Under the pieces are notes generated by a model that did not search any database, was not told the DNA's origin, and worked only from the letters and a program-made list of their open reading frames with translations. Made by a program: the position numbers and the translations under genes. DNA of 63,819 bases, filler included, from Conidiobolus incongruus B7586 (Eukaryota): the NCBI GenBank assembly GCA_000697335.1. It is 7 parts of 7 records of this genome, joined end to end, with 100 filler letters (N's around TTAATTAATTAA, not from the genome) between each part and the next. Parts side by side here need not be neighbours in the genome. Positions count along the whole stretch, not along the records: positions 1 to 10,320 come from JNEM01000172.1; positions 10,421 to 24,004 come from JNEM01000180.1; 5 more parts are not named here. The stretch is one strand, 5' to 3'. Below are positions 1-13,377 of the stretch, one piece after another; position 1 is the first letter of the stretch, and each line of letters starts with the position of its first letter.

Positions 1-2290
1 ATATTAATTTAATAATATTTGAAGCAAATATAATATATCAGATATTAATCTATATTAATATATCTTATAGTTTTTATTAATATTAGATTTTAAATACAAC
101 CAAGTTTTTATTTTTTTGATATATTTGAAGTGTTTATAACTATTATAAATAACCAATATTTAAAATAATATAATAATTATTTATAATATTGGATTTTCTG
201 TATAATCAGGGTTTATAATTCAAAATAATAGAAGTAAAATATAAGTCTATCTTATTCTATACTTAATTTAACAATGGTCATTTATCTATCTTGAAAACCA
301 AAACCCCTTTATCCAGTGTTAAATTTTATCAATAAAAGTGTAATCAAGTAATATTAAATAACTTAGTAATTATGGGACAAATATTAGATCATAATAGTGT
401 AAGTGGTTGGCAATATTGCCAACATATAAACTGTTTGAATTATATATTATATATTTTATTAATTTATAATAATTTTATAGAATAAATTCAAAATTAAAGT
501 AATTTATAAAAATAATTGAATTCAAAACATAATATAAAAATTTGAAGCATATGAAGTGTTATTTAAATGTATAATATTTGAAAAATTATGAATACAAATT
601 ATCAAAAATGATGAAAATTAGACATACAATTAAGATTGCTAATAAAATTTCCTTTTTTGAAAAAATTTGATATTAAGTACAAAATAAGTTAATTTTGATA
701 ACATATTTCCACTGTACAACTGATGGTCTGTAAAAAAAAGTAACTTTGTGTATGGATAAGTTTTTTCAATTTGTACAAATTAAATTCAAACAATATAAAA
801 TATTCATAATACTATAAAAATACTGTACAACTAAATCAACTCCTTTAAAATAATCAATTACAACTCCTAGCATTTTCCTACCCTGTTTAATTAAAATAAG
901 TTAATCAGTAATTTTAAAACATCCATTCCAATACTGGATCACCACAAGTAAAATGATTAATTCAAAAGTCATTAAATATTTAACATAAAATATATTACAC
1001 TACTCGAATGATTTAACTTTTAATAAAAAAATAGTTCAATTGGAAATTCCTAAACATCATTACTGCTTTGTATTATTTTGTTAACTATTTGAAATACCAA
1101 ATTTAATTAATATGAATCACAATCTTTATATGTGAAAATTCCAAATATCAGAATAAATAAAAAATGATTGTCAATTGGATAAACCAGTTGAATAATTATT
1201 GGTTATAAAAGTGCTGATTGATCATGTTATTTATATTTGATATAGAATATCCATCTAATTATTAAAAATATACTTAATAACCTATTTTTATACAATTATG
1301 AATTTCAAAACCATAGATAATTATATGAAACAAAATCAAGGTAATTTTTTCTTAAACCTATTAAGAATCCAATTAAATTAACAAGAATTTATCTAAATTA
1401 AATGTTAAACAAAAATATTAAATTATATCATGCAATTAGTAAAAAAGAAAAAATATTAGAATCGACTATATAGTGAGAATTTTTTGAAAAATAGACATTG
1501 AACTTATTGAAAATAACTGATTATTTCATATTCAGTGTTGTATAGGTATTTGCAAGTTAATAACACAAACATTATTTCTCTCTTTTCTCTTTCCTTAATA
1601 TTAAATTTACCAATGCCAATTCGTGAATCTTAGAATTTATCAACTTAGGTAAATTTTCAAGTATTATATTGGCTACTAGTTTGTTAACAAAGCTACATTT
1701 GAATATTTATGAATATCTCACTGCTCTTTGTTGTTATATAAAAATCATATATCGTTGATATAAACATAACATCAGGCTATATACTACTTCAAATTTTAGT
1801 TAATCAAAGTAGTTTTTACTATGACTAATATTGAAATATTGTTTAGAATGTTCAGATTGTGTAATAAAGTTCGGACTAGATAATTGTACTATAATAGTTG
1901 ATAATTAATGATTTCACTGAATAATAAAAATGTAACTCACCAAGAAAATGATTAAATAAATCAAAAAATAACTGAAAATTAATTCAAACTTCAAATATAT
2001 TCAGATTAGAGTTTATTGGAATCTAATAATTTTCTAATATTATTTCTATGCAACTTGGCAGCTAATTTTCAATTTAATTTTAACAAGAATCTTTATCTTA
2101 AATTTTATCTATCACAACATAATATCAATACTATCAATTTCCTACTGATAATCTGCAATACAAATTTAAATAATGTCGCCGGTTTTAAGCATAATTCAAT
2201 TCTAAAATTAGAATTTAAATTATAATATGAGAAAAATAATAAAATTAAATAGTCAAGGATAATTAAATTAATAAAAAATCGATTTTTAAA

Positions 2291-2322
<32 letters not shown>

Positions 2323-2934
2323 GATAATAGAAATTTTAATAATTTTATTAAATATTTTCTTCTTTTTTTAAAAAAAATAATGAGTAATATTTTGAATAAT
2401 ATTTAAAATTAATAAATTTAATAATTAATATTAATTTATTCAATATTTATTTATAATAATAACAATATTCACTTAAATAAAATATATATATTCAGGATAT
2501 TAGTAAAATAAAAGACTTTTTGAATAGCCATATAAACTATATTAAGTTGTAATATAATCTGAATGAACTGGAATTATATTCAAAATAAATAGTTTGAATG
2601 CAATATTTTTGGTGGTTGCACTGAAAAAAATTCTAACTTGATTAAACTGTGGAGTTCACTTAACGCCTGAAAATAGACAATTAATTGTAAATTCATAGTT
2701 TTTTTTATCACTCTGGTAAACCTTCTAAAATCGCGGAATATTAAGAAGATACTTTATATCTTTTGGCTATGATGAGTCGATTGATATTGGAGGATGTTTT
2801 GGTTTTCAGATGGTTTTAATATGGTATTTTCATGACATGGTTAATGATTTATCTTAACCATTTGCTATTTATGGTGAATGGGTCTGAATTTGCAGCAAAT
2901 TCTTTGGTTTTCCTGATTGAGATATGAATGATCA

Positions 2935-3172
2935 GCCAATCGGATGTGAGCATGGATTAAAGCAGGTGATTGACTGATGATTGGCTCTTGGATTTCAGAC
3001 TGTGGAGGATGATTGGATGGGGGAGCGGGTGAAGGGTTACCAAATGGTGAAAGAAAGTTTAAGTGGGGAATTTGGCGGCTAAGAGATTAATTGCTGAATC
3101 ACCAAGTATTAGATTTTGAGCAAATCAAATACTGTATGATGATTGGAAGGATTAGGGGTAGCCCTTTATAAA
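2935..3172 (+). promoter_or_regulatory. CCAAT-box cluster plus TATA box, promoter of the 3475 gene
   Basis: GC-richer stretch with agCCAATc (~2935) and three gATTGG (~2978, 3011, 3141), then tttATAAA at ~3165. A pyrimidine-rich 5'UTR follows with a GT..AG intron at 3357-3458. Confidence 0.5.
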
Positions 3173-3474
3173 CACGCTGAGCCTCCACTCAATTCAAGTT
3201 TCTTAGCATTCCATCCGTTTAATTTTATCTCCTTTCGTTATCTTTTCCCTCTCACTCGTACTTCCTTCTAATTTAATTAATTATCCACCACCTGCTCAAT
3301 CAAACTATTCACCCAATACCAACAATTCTGGCATATCTTTGTGTTGAGTGGAACAGGTTATTTTGAGTACATCTTTTTCTATATAAAAACACTACTTTTA
3401 AATATTTTTGTAATTTGATTAATTAATTAATTACTGATTATTCTGATTGCTTTATTAGATCAATCGGATTCAAA

Positions 3475-4230
3475 ATGTATATTAGTTCAATATCTTTCGT
3501 ATTCACATATATTTTTTATTTATCAACGCTGCTGGCTCAAAGTACCGATAACTCCAATCCTTTAGGACTCAAAGTTGAATATGTCATAGCTTGGTTAAAC
3601 AGGAATTCTAATAGCTTTGGAGCAAATTTAACATTATCTTTTGACAAACCAATTACTCAAGATTTTTTTATTGAATTACAATGGCTGAATAATCGTGTTG
3701 AAGCGAGTCCTTTTTTCGGACCTTTTAGAGCATACAATCTTGCTGGAAAGGGTTATGCTTTAAAGTATACAGGTGAACATAATAAAAACGCTACGGAAAA
3801 TAACGCTAGTTCAAAAACTGTAGTTAGTAATTTTAATGCTAAATTGATACTACTACCCTCAGAAGATCAGGAAGATATCAACCAATTTATTTACCCAACA
3901 AATGTGTCTCTTCTTGTAGGCGAGTACCTCAAAAAGAGCCAAACTTACAATCTCACCAACTCCGACTTAAAGATAGACATGCGTAAACCTGATATGGACT
4001 CACCGTTTGGACCACTCTTCACACAAATGGCTTATCTTGGGCCCAAATTATTCCTTGATAATGAAGGTCTAGATCCTGAAAAATCCGCCACTGGTAACTA
4101 CCTTGTGGGTGTTCCCATCGGATTGATCATATATAGTATCATTTTTAGTATTGGCTCCATCAGCTATCTTTTAGGGCATATCAACCGAAGCCGACTAAGG
4201 AATCGTAAAATGTTTAGAAGGAGTAAATAA
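3475..4230 (+). CDS. Uncharacterised type I membrane protein (signal peptide, ectodomain, C-terminal TM helix, basic tail)
   Basis: 251-aa ORF with a hydrophobic N-terminus (FVFTYIFYLSTLLA), TM segment VGVPIGLIIYSIIFSIGSISYLLG and tail RSRLRNRKMFRRSK. The ATG has an A-rich context. Confidence 0.75.
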   Translation: MYISSISFVFTYIFYLSTLLAQSTDNSNPLGLKVEYVIAWLNRNSNSFGANLTLSFDKPITQDFFIELQWLNNRVEASPFFGPFRAYNLAGKGYALKYTGEHNKNATENNASSKTVVSNFNAKLILLPSEDQEDINQFIYPTNVSLLVGEYLKKSQTYNLTNSDLKIDMRKPDMDSPFGPLFTQMAYLGPKLFLDNEGLDPEKSATGNYLVGVPIGLIIYSIIFSIGSISYLLGHINRSRLRNRKMFRRSK

Positions 4231-4831
4231 CCCTCAATTCTAGCCATCAACTCAATTCCGCCAATTCAGGCATTAACTTATGAGATTTTAATTGCAATTA
4301 AAATTAACTCGATAATTTTAATATACAAATAAAACACTATCAATCAACAACACATCTTCACACCATTTATCGCTCCTCACTACCATTAACAACCCTTCAC
4401 CACGTTATTTTCAAAATAATTTAATTTATTACAACCATTCGCAAATTAAACTCAGTCCGAAATTTTCCTTATTTTATTAATACTAAAAAATAGATAAAAA
4501 CTTGAAAACATCAGGATGCGAGTACGATGATGCATGGATTCAATCCACTTCAAGGTACCTGTGAGATATCTCCAATGTATCCTCCAATTTAACAGTAAAT
4601 TTAATAATTTACCATTATCTAAAAGTTACCCCTCAATGATTTCAAGCAATCCAATTATGAGCACATATTTGGCATCTATATAGTTGATCGAAATTACCTA
4701 TTCGAGTTATTGTTCATTTAGTCTTATTTTAAAATATTATTGAATTTTTAATTTGAAGAAAGTAAAAATTAGCTAAATTTTTATTTTAAAAGAAAAAAGA
4801 ATGAATAGAGAATGATTAAAAGAATTCACCA

Positions 4832-4903
4832 AGCTCTGCCTGAGAATCGAACTCAGATCGCAGGATTCAAAGTCCTGAGTGCTAACCATTACACCAGCGG
4901 AGC
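4832..4903 (-). tRNA. tRNA-Gln(UUG), intronless
   Basis: Minus strand reads GCTCCGC TG GTGTAATGGTTAGCAC T CAGGA CT TTG AA TCCTG CGAT CTGAG TTCGATT CTCAG GCAGAGC T: full cloverleaf, A and B boxes, TTG anticodon, TTTT shortly downstream. Confidence 0.93.
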
Positions 4904-5213
4904 TTGCAGAATAACTAAGTTGTTGTAATAAATGTGTAAATTACACATTTAAATATATAAATCTGAAACCTTTATTGCTTTATAATTTACATTAATCTTT
5001 TATCTTATACTTTTTTATTTTTACAAGTCTCCATTTCACTTTTGAATATATTACTTTTTTTTATTATTTAATCTATTTTTATTAATTTAATTTCAACATT
5101 AAAGTAATTATTCATTATTATATATATATATACTCTAAATTTTATTCTATAAATTTTATGATTGAATAAATTATATTTTTTTTATGAAATTTTCAATTTG
5201 AAATAAAATTATC

Positions 5214-5246
<33 letters not shown>

Positions 5247-5934
5247 TGTTATAAAAGAATTTATAAAGTTTTTTTTGTTTATATTAAATTAAACAAAAAT
5301 CACAATAAAAATATTTTAAATTAAATTAAATAATAAAATGTGTAAGTAATAAAATTATTATGAATATAATTTGGTTTGAATTTTGATATTTTATTAGCAT
5401 TTAATTTTATTCTTATTTTAAATTATAAAATAAAGATCAATAACGATACAATTAAACTAAATATTTTTTTATACAAAGTCAATTATAATCAATTATAAAA
5501 TAAATATTTTAAAAAGAATCTATGTATGATAAATGTATTAATACAATAATGATAGAATTTCAATATAATAGGATCATTAGTTAATTTAAGCTCTCATATT
5601 CATATTATTAATCAAATTATTTCTTTTTCTTTGACATTTTTATTTTATTATTTGTTTTTCATTGAAATTTTTTCATTTTGTGAAAATAATTTCAATATTG
5701 TATTGTTTATATTATCTTATTTAACCTTCAACCTCTTTTATTTTCCATAGTTTAACAATGTATATATCAATAAAGTATACTCTAATTTAACGTATAAAAC
5801 TGTTAAATTTTACAAATTGAATCACGTAATTGTTGATAAATTTAATTGATTAAAACTCTATATTTTTATTAAATAGTTTGTATTAATGTTAAAAAACAAT
5901 ATTAAATTAAAGTCCAATAAACAAACACTACTAT

Positions 5935-7962
5935 TTATTGACCCTTAATTACAAAGCCAATATCATCATTCTCTTCAACCGAGTAAAAACTGAATAAATT
6001 TCGATTCTTCAAATCAAATGTCACCTGAGGATCTTTTAGTGAAAAAATCACTAGATTGTTAGCATTGGTTCTTAGTTTGAATAGTTTGATAATGAGGGTT
6101 TGCAGTTGGAGAATGGTGATATTACCTAAATATTGGGATTAAAAGGATTGATAATAGGTAATAGATATGGGATTTACTTAATACTGGTTTGGTTATGGAT
6201 TGGATTGGGATGAGATCTTTGAAATCTTTCACGTGGTGAAAATTCAAAGCTAAAAAATGATGAATTATTATATGAATATATAATATATCTTAAGCAATGA
6301 ATTACATTTCAATCTATTTTTAAGTTTAGTCTCATCAGTTTGTACTTTAGGAACTTGAATTTCACCATGCCCTAAAAGAACAATTTAAATCACCAATATA
6401 AAACAATCATGAATAGAGTTACTTTGTATTAAAACATTGTAATTAGGATGTAATCGATTGAAATCTTCAGTGTTTAACTTGATAATATCATGTGTAATAA
6501 TTTTAGATAAATAATAACGTTCCCAATCTTTTCTTTCTTCAGCTGTAATATCACTACCGTTTAATCGCGTCAACTTTAATAATTTTCCAAGTGTATTCGC
6601 TCGTCCCTTGGCGAAATCATCTATGTTAACTCAATATAAGATCAATATTAAAATATGAATAGAGTTTACCATTAATTAAAACATTGGGAAATAATTTTAA
6701 ATTTGATAAATTAGGGAAACAGATATTAAGTTGAGCAATTGATAACCAATCATTCAAAGGATTTTCATCAATGTGTAATTCTTCTAATGTATCATGAATT
6801 AATTGGGGATTTTTGGGATCTGTGAAGTATTTCATTTGGTTGTGAGATAATGCCAACTTCATTAATCTATTCATAACATCAATAAAAATTCAATTAACAT
6901 TAATTAAATAAATTACTTGGGAAATCGTTTCAATTCCACCAAACTATTAACCTTACTAAATAAATTAAACTGAAGATTTAATACTTTTAAATTTGGAAAC
7001 CAGTGGATTTGATCACGATTCACAGGTTTAAATTCAATCTCTTCCAATTCATTATCCTTTAAAGTTAATTCCTCTAAATTTGTCAAACTGGGCTCTAAAT
7101 ATCCTAACTGCAATATAAATTAATTTTCAATATATATTTGACTATTAAAATAAGTAAAATAATACCTGGTCCCAATTAATTCTCGTTTTATTTAAATATA
7201 AAGCCTTTATATTTTGGAAATTAATCTCTTGAAGATCTATAGGTTGAGTAAGTGGTTGGAATATGTTATCACTATGCAAATAATTAATTAATGAATATAA
7301 GTTTATTATATATAATATTACCTAAGATTCAATATTGATAAATTATCCAATTCATTAACGATGCTACTAACAGTTTTCCAACTATCCAAAAGGTTGCTTG
7401 TTAAATTCAAATCTTCTAAACCTAAATAATCTATAAATAAACCTAATTTAATAATTTATAATTTATTCTTACTTGGCAAATTCTTTCTCAACAGATCTTT
7501 ATTCCAATTAAACCCAATACAATAGCCCACCAAACTAATAATCTTTAAATTTTGAATTTGTTTCTGCCTGTTAAAACTGTCTTCAAATCCTACAGTTTCT
7601 ACCTTCTTAGAACTGTAATTCAATTCGTACTCCTTGTTTATCATGCTATCGTCAGCTGTAGCATATTTGAGTAATATGGAATCGTAGAAATCCGTTCCCA
7701 AGCAATATTGCTTCGGTGTTTGTGGTATTGTCAACGAGCTCTGGAGTGTATCGATTTTAATAAAACTACCGGAATTGGGCTTTGATACTTTAAAGTATTG
7801 TCGACCTTGAAATTCACCGGAATGTTTACCTCTGCTGACATCATCCCACTCTATGCCTATTACTTCACCAGCGATTTTGTCAACTTGACCCTTGTATTTT
7901 ATGGTACCGCGATGTTCTCCAATTTGTATCCTTTGGTTGATTTGGAATTTGGAATTTGCCAT
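5935..7962 (-). CDS. TBCE: Tubulin-folding cofactor E (CAP-Gly + LRR + ubiquitin-like), 9 exons
   Basis: CAP-Gly motif GIEWDDVSRGKHSG..QYF, LRRs (LEDLNLTSNLL, LKVLNLQFN), LNGSDIT..ERKDWERYYL and a C-terminal UBL-like end (FYSVEENDDI). I traced 8 GT-AG introns that keep the frame from ATG 7962 to TAA 5935-5937. Confidence 0.92.
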
Positions 7963-8327
7963 TTTTTTAATATTAATTATGGATAATATTGAATTATATT
8001 GGAATGATGACATAGTCACAAATTATAATATATTAAGATAAATTTGAATTTGTGATTATGGGATTTTTTACCATAGAATGAAAATATTAAAATTCTAAAT
8101 TAAAACAGAGTTTACATTAAATAAAAATATTAAGATGAAAAAATATTTTTAAATATGATTAATATTATATTGAATCAGTATATGATGAATAATCATGGGG
8201 AATATTGAAATATAATAATAATAATAATAATAATAAAGTATTTTTTATAAATTATTTATTCTGATATTAACTAAAAAGAAATTGAATTAAAATAATATCC
8301 AAAAATAAAAATAAAATATTGATGATA

Positions 8328-9168
8328 CTATACCATTTGTTTGTTGTTGGGATCCACATAATATGACGTAACTGGCTGAACTTTACCCAAAGCCTCGCAA
8401 GCCTTTAACCATTCGGGCTTAACCACTGCAACGTTTAATTTAACAGCCATATCGTAGGTAGGACCTTGAGCCTGGTGACACAAGAGATGAGTACATTCAA
8501 TTGAAATTTCGTCGGTCCACTTAGCATCGATACGATCGCAGCACTTTTTGAGTTCTTCAACTTCGGCAGCATGAAGGAATGGGTCCATACAAACGTGAAT
8601 ACCAGATAAATTCGTAATATTATGAGTTGTCACCGACACAGTATTACTCTGGAAGGTACCCGCAGAAGTCACTAACACCACGTAAAATTCGTAATTCGTC
8701 TCCATTTCTAATCCAGAAAGTTTGATCATATTAGATTGGGTAGGCAAAGAGTGTGGAGTTCTCACCCCGTTCTTGAACACTTGAAACTGTTTCAAGTCCG
8801 CGGTATGGAGGACCAAAGGCTCCCAACTGAGGACGACACTCGTCTGCGTCACTGATTGAATATTCAACTTGGGGGGCTCTGGTGCCTTTGTTCCAAATTC
8901 CTCCCTAATCTGATGTTGTATCTTCCAAAATTCGTCCAATCTGTTCGTCTCCTCCTCGATATCGCGAGATACTTGGATTTTTATAATAGCTCCCGATGGT
9001 ACATTCTCTGGTAATAATAATGAAGGAAACTCTATTAAGTGATTATCTTCTGTTAACAAAATAGCCTATATTTTCAATTAATTTAAATCTTATATTTTTA
9101 GGTGTGAATTTATTTACCATTCCGGCGTCCACTTTACCGACTGTGAATTGAGCACATGAAGGATTCAT
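8328..9168 (-). CDS. CHS5: Exomer scaffold Chs5 (N-terminal dimerisation motif + FN3 + BRCT), 2 exons, ~262 aa
   Basis: Exon 1 MNPSCAQFTVGKVDAGM, intron 9066-9117, then AILLTEDNHLIEFPSLLLP (Chs5 signature), FN3 (VTQTSVVLSW..LSGLEMETNYEF) and BRCT (THLLC..VVKPEWL). Confidence 0.92.
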
Positions 9169-10320
9169 AATTAACTATAATTTATTACAAATTTCAACAC
9201 AATTATTCAACTATAGAGTTATTTAGTTAAAGAATACTAATTGAATTGAATGAAATATTTAATTTTGAATCAAAGTTAGAATTTAATGGGTTTTTAATTG
9301 AATCAACAGTCCAATTAAATCTGACCAACCAGATGTATTTGAAATTGATAAATCATTTAATTAAATATTCATAAAAATAGATTGTGATATAAAAATACAG
9401 GTTTATCAAATGATAATATATATCTTATTATAACATAACCTAGAATAACATAATACATCATATAATATCAACCTCTTGATATATGTATTTAGCAATATTT
9501 TATACTAAAATAGTATTATAATGCAAATTCAAAATCAATATATCTAGCTATTTTACGTAGTATATTTTTGTTTACAAAAATTTCAATTCCAATAAATTTC
9601 AAAGTTAATTATTTAAATTTTAACATACTTATATAACACATTTCAAAAATAGAAACTAATAAATTATCATTATTGTAAAATCACTGACTTATACTATTTT
9701 TTATACATTTTACTAAACTCTCGTATATAACCTATATAATTTATAGTATTTAATTTCAAGAGTTAGTCTTAAAATAAAAAATCTGTTAAATATTATTAAA
9801 GATCTATCATATCAACATAATTAATAAAGCTATATTTTTTAATATTATAGAATATGAATCAATTTCAAAATCACAAAGAGTATAGTTTGAATTTTGAAAT
9901 TTTAGTGAAATATTGATTTTTATATGGTTGAGCCTTATAAAATATATATTTTGGTTGTTTACATATAAAAATCCATAAAAATAATATAAATTTTAATTGA
10001 TACTAACTCTGGAATTTTTAAGCTATTTTTAATTTATAGTTTGTTTTTATAATTTTGACTTTATTAAAATTTTTAAAATATTAAATTTTTACTATTAAAT
10101 TATATAATTAATAAACTATATTTTAATTTTTTTGCAAACTTTTTATTTTAATTTCTTAAATTTTACAAAGTTATAAAATTTTAAAATTATCAACTATTAC
10201 CTTAAAATTTAAAAAAATAGATAATTTTTTTAATATCTGATTATTTAATTATATTATTAAATTCAAAAAAATAATATATATATTAAATAAAAAAATATAA
10301 GGTTTTATGAAATATATATA

Positions 10321-10420
10321 NNNNNNNNNNNNNNNNNNNNNNNNNNNNNNNNNNNNNNNNNNNNTTAATTAATTAANNNNNNNNNNNNNNNNNNNNNNNN
10401 NNNNNNNNNNNNNNNNNNNN
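10321..10420. other. Assembly linker N44-TTAATTAATTAA-N44
   Basis: Identical 100-nt spacer with stops in all six frames; occurs six times in the window. Confidence 0.97.
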
Positions 10421-13377
10421 TATATTTATTATAATATATAAGATATTTTTAAGTTTAATATAATGATTTAATCAAATTAATAAATTTAATATAATATAAT
10501 TTATAATAGTTAATATTGATAATTTTATATTAAAGTTATATTCATAAAGAATATATTAAATAAGCTTAATATATTTATAATCATTAAATTCTTTTTATTT
10601 AAGCTTTTAGTTAATTTTTAAATATTTATTCTTTATTTTATTATTCAAACTAAATAAGATATAAAATATTTATAAAATACCGTTATATTGAATATTAAAT
10701 TATTCAAAGATTATCTAATGATAATAATAATCTTATTATTATAAAATTAATTATTTTATTAATTTTTCAAAAATATTAATAAAAATTTATTTTTTTACAA
10801 ATTTTGAAATATCTTAGATAATTTACTATATATAATTAAAATAAAAAACTTAGTAAAAAATTATATTTTATTTTTATAAACTATTATAAATATTAAATAA
10901 TATTAGAAATATAATATTTAAGTATAATTATATTTAAATTAAAAAACACTTGAAAATAAATATATTATTTAATAATAACTATATTAAATATTATTCTTTA
11001 TTAAATCTTTTATATAACAAACCATAATATAATGTAAAGTATATATATTATTCATGTTAATAAATTCAGCTATTTATTATTAATTAAATTTATTATTAAT
11101 AATTTATAATATATCTTAAAAGTTTAAATTTCTAAATTATCAAGTTATTGCTATAAAATTTTATTAATCAATTATTTTACTTGCTTATTATTAAGAGTTT
11201 GGTTATTAAATCTTGTTTTCAGAAATAATAAGAATTTAATATTAATATATTGAGAGATTAGGTATTTTTTCAAAGATTTATTAGATTAAATTATTATTTT
11301 TAATAAAAGAAGCTTTTGGTTACTAATTCTAATAATTTTTTTGTCCAATTAATTTATTTTAAGGTCAAAAAAACCTAGCTCTATCTTGATCTTAAGATAT
11401 AAAAAGTCAGGGTAACTCAGAAATTAATAATATATATAATCTCCTCTAACCAAGACGAAACTTAAAAAGTCAACAAAAATTATTATTTTTTTTTAATTAA
11501 TGTAGTCAATATTTATGATAAATATGCATTGTTATTAAATATAATATGATATTTATAACTTTAACCTATTAGTTCTCTGATATGATAAATTTATCATTAT
11601 ATATATATATATATATTCTATAATTCAATATAATTATATTTATTTTTCTTTGTGCAAAGTACTTTTGAATCTACACAACCATGAGATTATAAATGAAACA
11701 CTAGTGTTAGTAAAGACTTAAGTCCAATTTCAATGAATAATAATATAACAAATCAGTCTTAACATGCTATTAATATGTACTTTGATTTCTATTTATTAGG
11801 ATTGTTAGATAATTTGAATTACATATAATAGTAATAAAATGGATTTTCTGAAAATTCAGTTTCCATTAAAACGTAATATTTTAGAACAAAATGAGAATAT
11901 AAATATAATTGTCTATCCAATGTTTCTTTAAATTTTATTACATTTATTGAATTTTTTTTATTTAAAATAATTAAAATTTTAAAATTTGTAATATTAAAAA
12001 GGATTTATTAATATATTGATATCATCATTTTGATACAATATTAAAAATTAACATTATTAGATATGGTGTTTAGTTTTGTTGAAACATAATATAAATATTG
12101 GATTTGAAATTGGAAATTTGAACAATATTTAGATATTCAATTTTTAATAATTTAAGTGAAATATTTATATTCAATTCAATATTGTATATATGATTCTTAT
12201 TTGATTAATCAATTTAAAGTAACTCAAATTTGAAATTCACAAAATTTTCAAGGTTATAATAAAATGATATTTGTTAAATGGAATTTGAAGTAGGTATAAT
12301 ATAAATTGATAAATAGTTAATCATTATTATGACAATAAATGTAATTTATTAGTAGAAATTTTAGTTATTTATTCATTCCTTTTTATTAAAATTCAATTTT
12401 GTGTAAAGTATAAGTTTTACCCTAGATAGTACTAAAGTTTGTAATTCAAAGTTTAGTAATTATATATTTATATTAAAAATTAAAATTATATCTTGAAGTT
12501 ATTTTATATTAAAGTTTAATATAAAAAAATAATTTTTTCTTTATTATGATTAATTGTGTATCTAAATCGAATATTTATGATTAATATATAAATTAGAAAT
12601 ATTTTGGTATAATATTATTGATTGAAATTTAGTAAAATTGATATTATATAAGTATAATATTTAAACCAATATTTTGCAAATAATATTTACAAAATATGTC
12701 TAGTTTATATTACAATCCTCAATAATTTATATAAGTAATATATATTTAGGTTGTCTAACAGTATTACAATACCATTAATGTATTCAATCCTGTTCTATAA
12801 TCTGGTTAAGCTAGTAATAAAAATATTTTCCATAAAATGAGTACTGAAAAATTATTCATTTCTTGCATATATTAATATTGGAATTAAATATTAAGAATAA
12901 TATATATGTCAATATGATATATACCTTGAGGAAAATTCTTTGAATTAGTATTCTGAGTTACTTAACTATCTTCAAATAATAGTAATAAAAAAAGTGTGAT
13001 TCAGATGCTTTGTAGTCAAAATTATATTATGATAATTGATTTACTATTTTGAGTTGATTCTATCTAACAGTTTTAATATTGATTAATGGCTACTTAACAA
13101 CTATGATATCATTATATAAGTTAGCTAGACTTTGGTCACTATTATAAATTCTTTTATATTTTCAAGGTATCATCAATTGTGTTGATAATTAAATAATGGC
13201 TAAAATGGCAAATAATTAATGAATGTAAAATATATAATAAAATTACAAGTAGTATCAAATATAAAAAATAATGAATTATTAATTTCAATTATCATTTAGG
13301 TTAATATATCAAAATATTTAATATAGCAATAATAGGTTAATTCAAGGTCATGATATTATAATTAATATATTATAAAA

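Noticed and set aside
700..1400. Tc1-like relic (repeated actgtacaact, LKPIKN resembling LNPIEN)
   Set aside because: Too degenerate to support from motifs alone.
2016..2225. Short I/N/K/F/L-rich ORFs (2016, 38186, 43229, 51123, 53610, 59165, 61140)
   Set aside because: Composition mirrors the AT-rich background; no motifs or supporting promoter or splice context.
2769..2887. Box C/D snoRNA (ATGATGA ... CTGA) near the GAATTTGC-A-GCAAATTC palindrome
   Set aside because: No convincing terminal stem or rRNA-complementary guide; the region is better explained as promoter DNA.
10365..10376. TTAATTAATTAA recurring every ~10 kb as a biological repeat or CRISPR-like array
   Set aside because: Always centred in exactly 44+44 N; it is a six-frame-stop contig linker.
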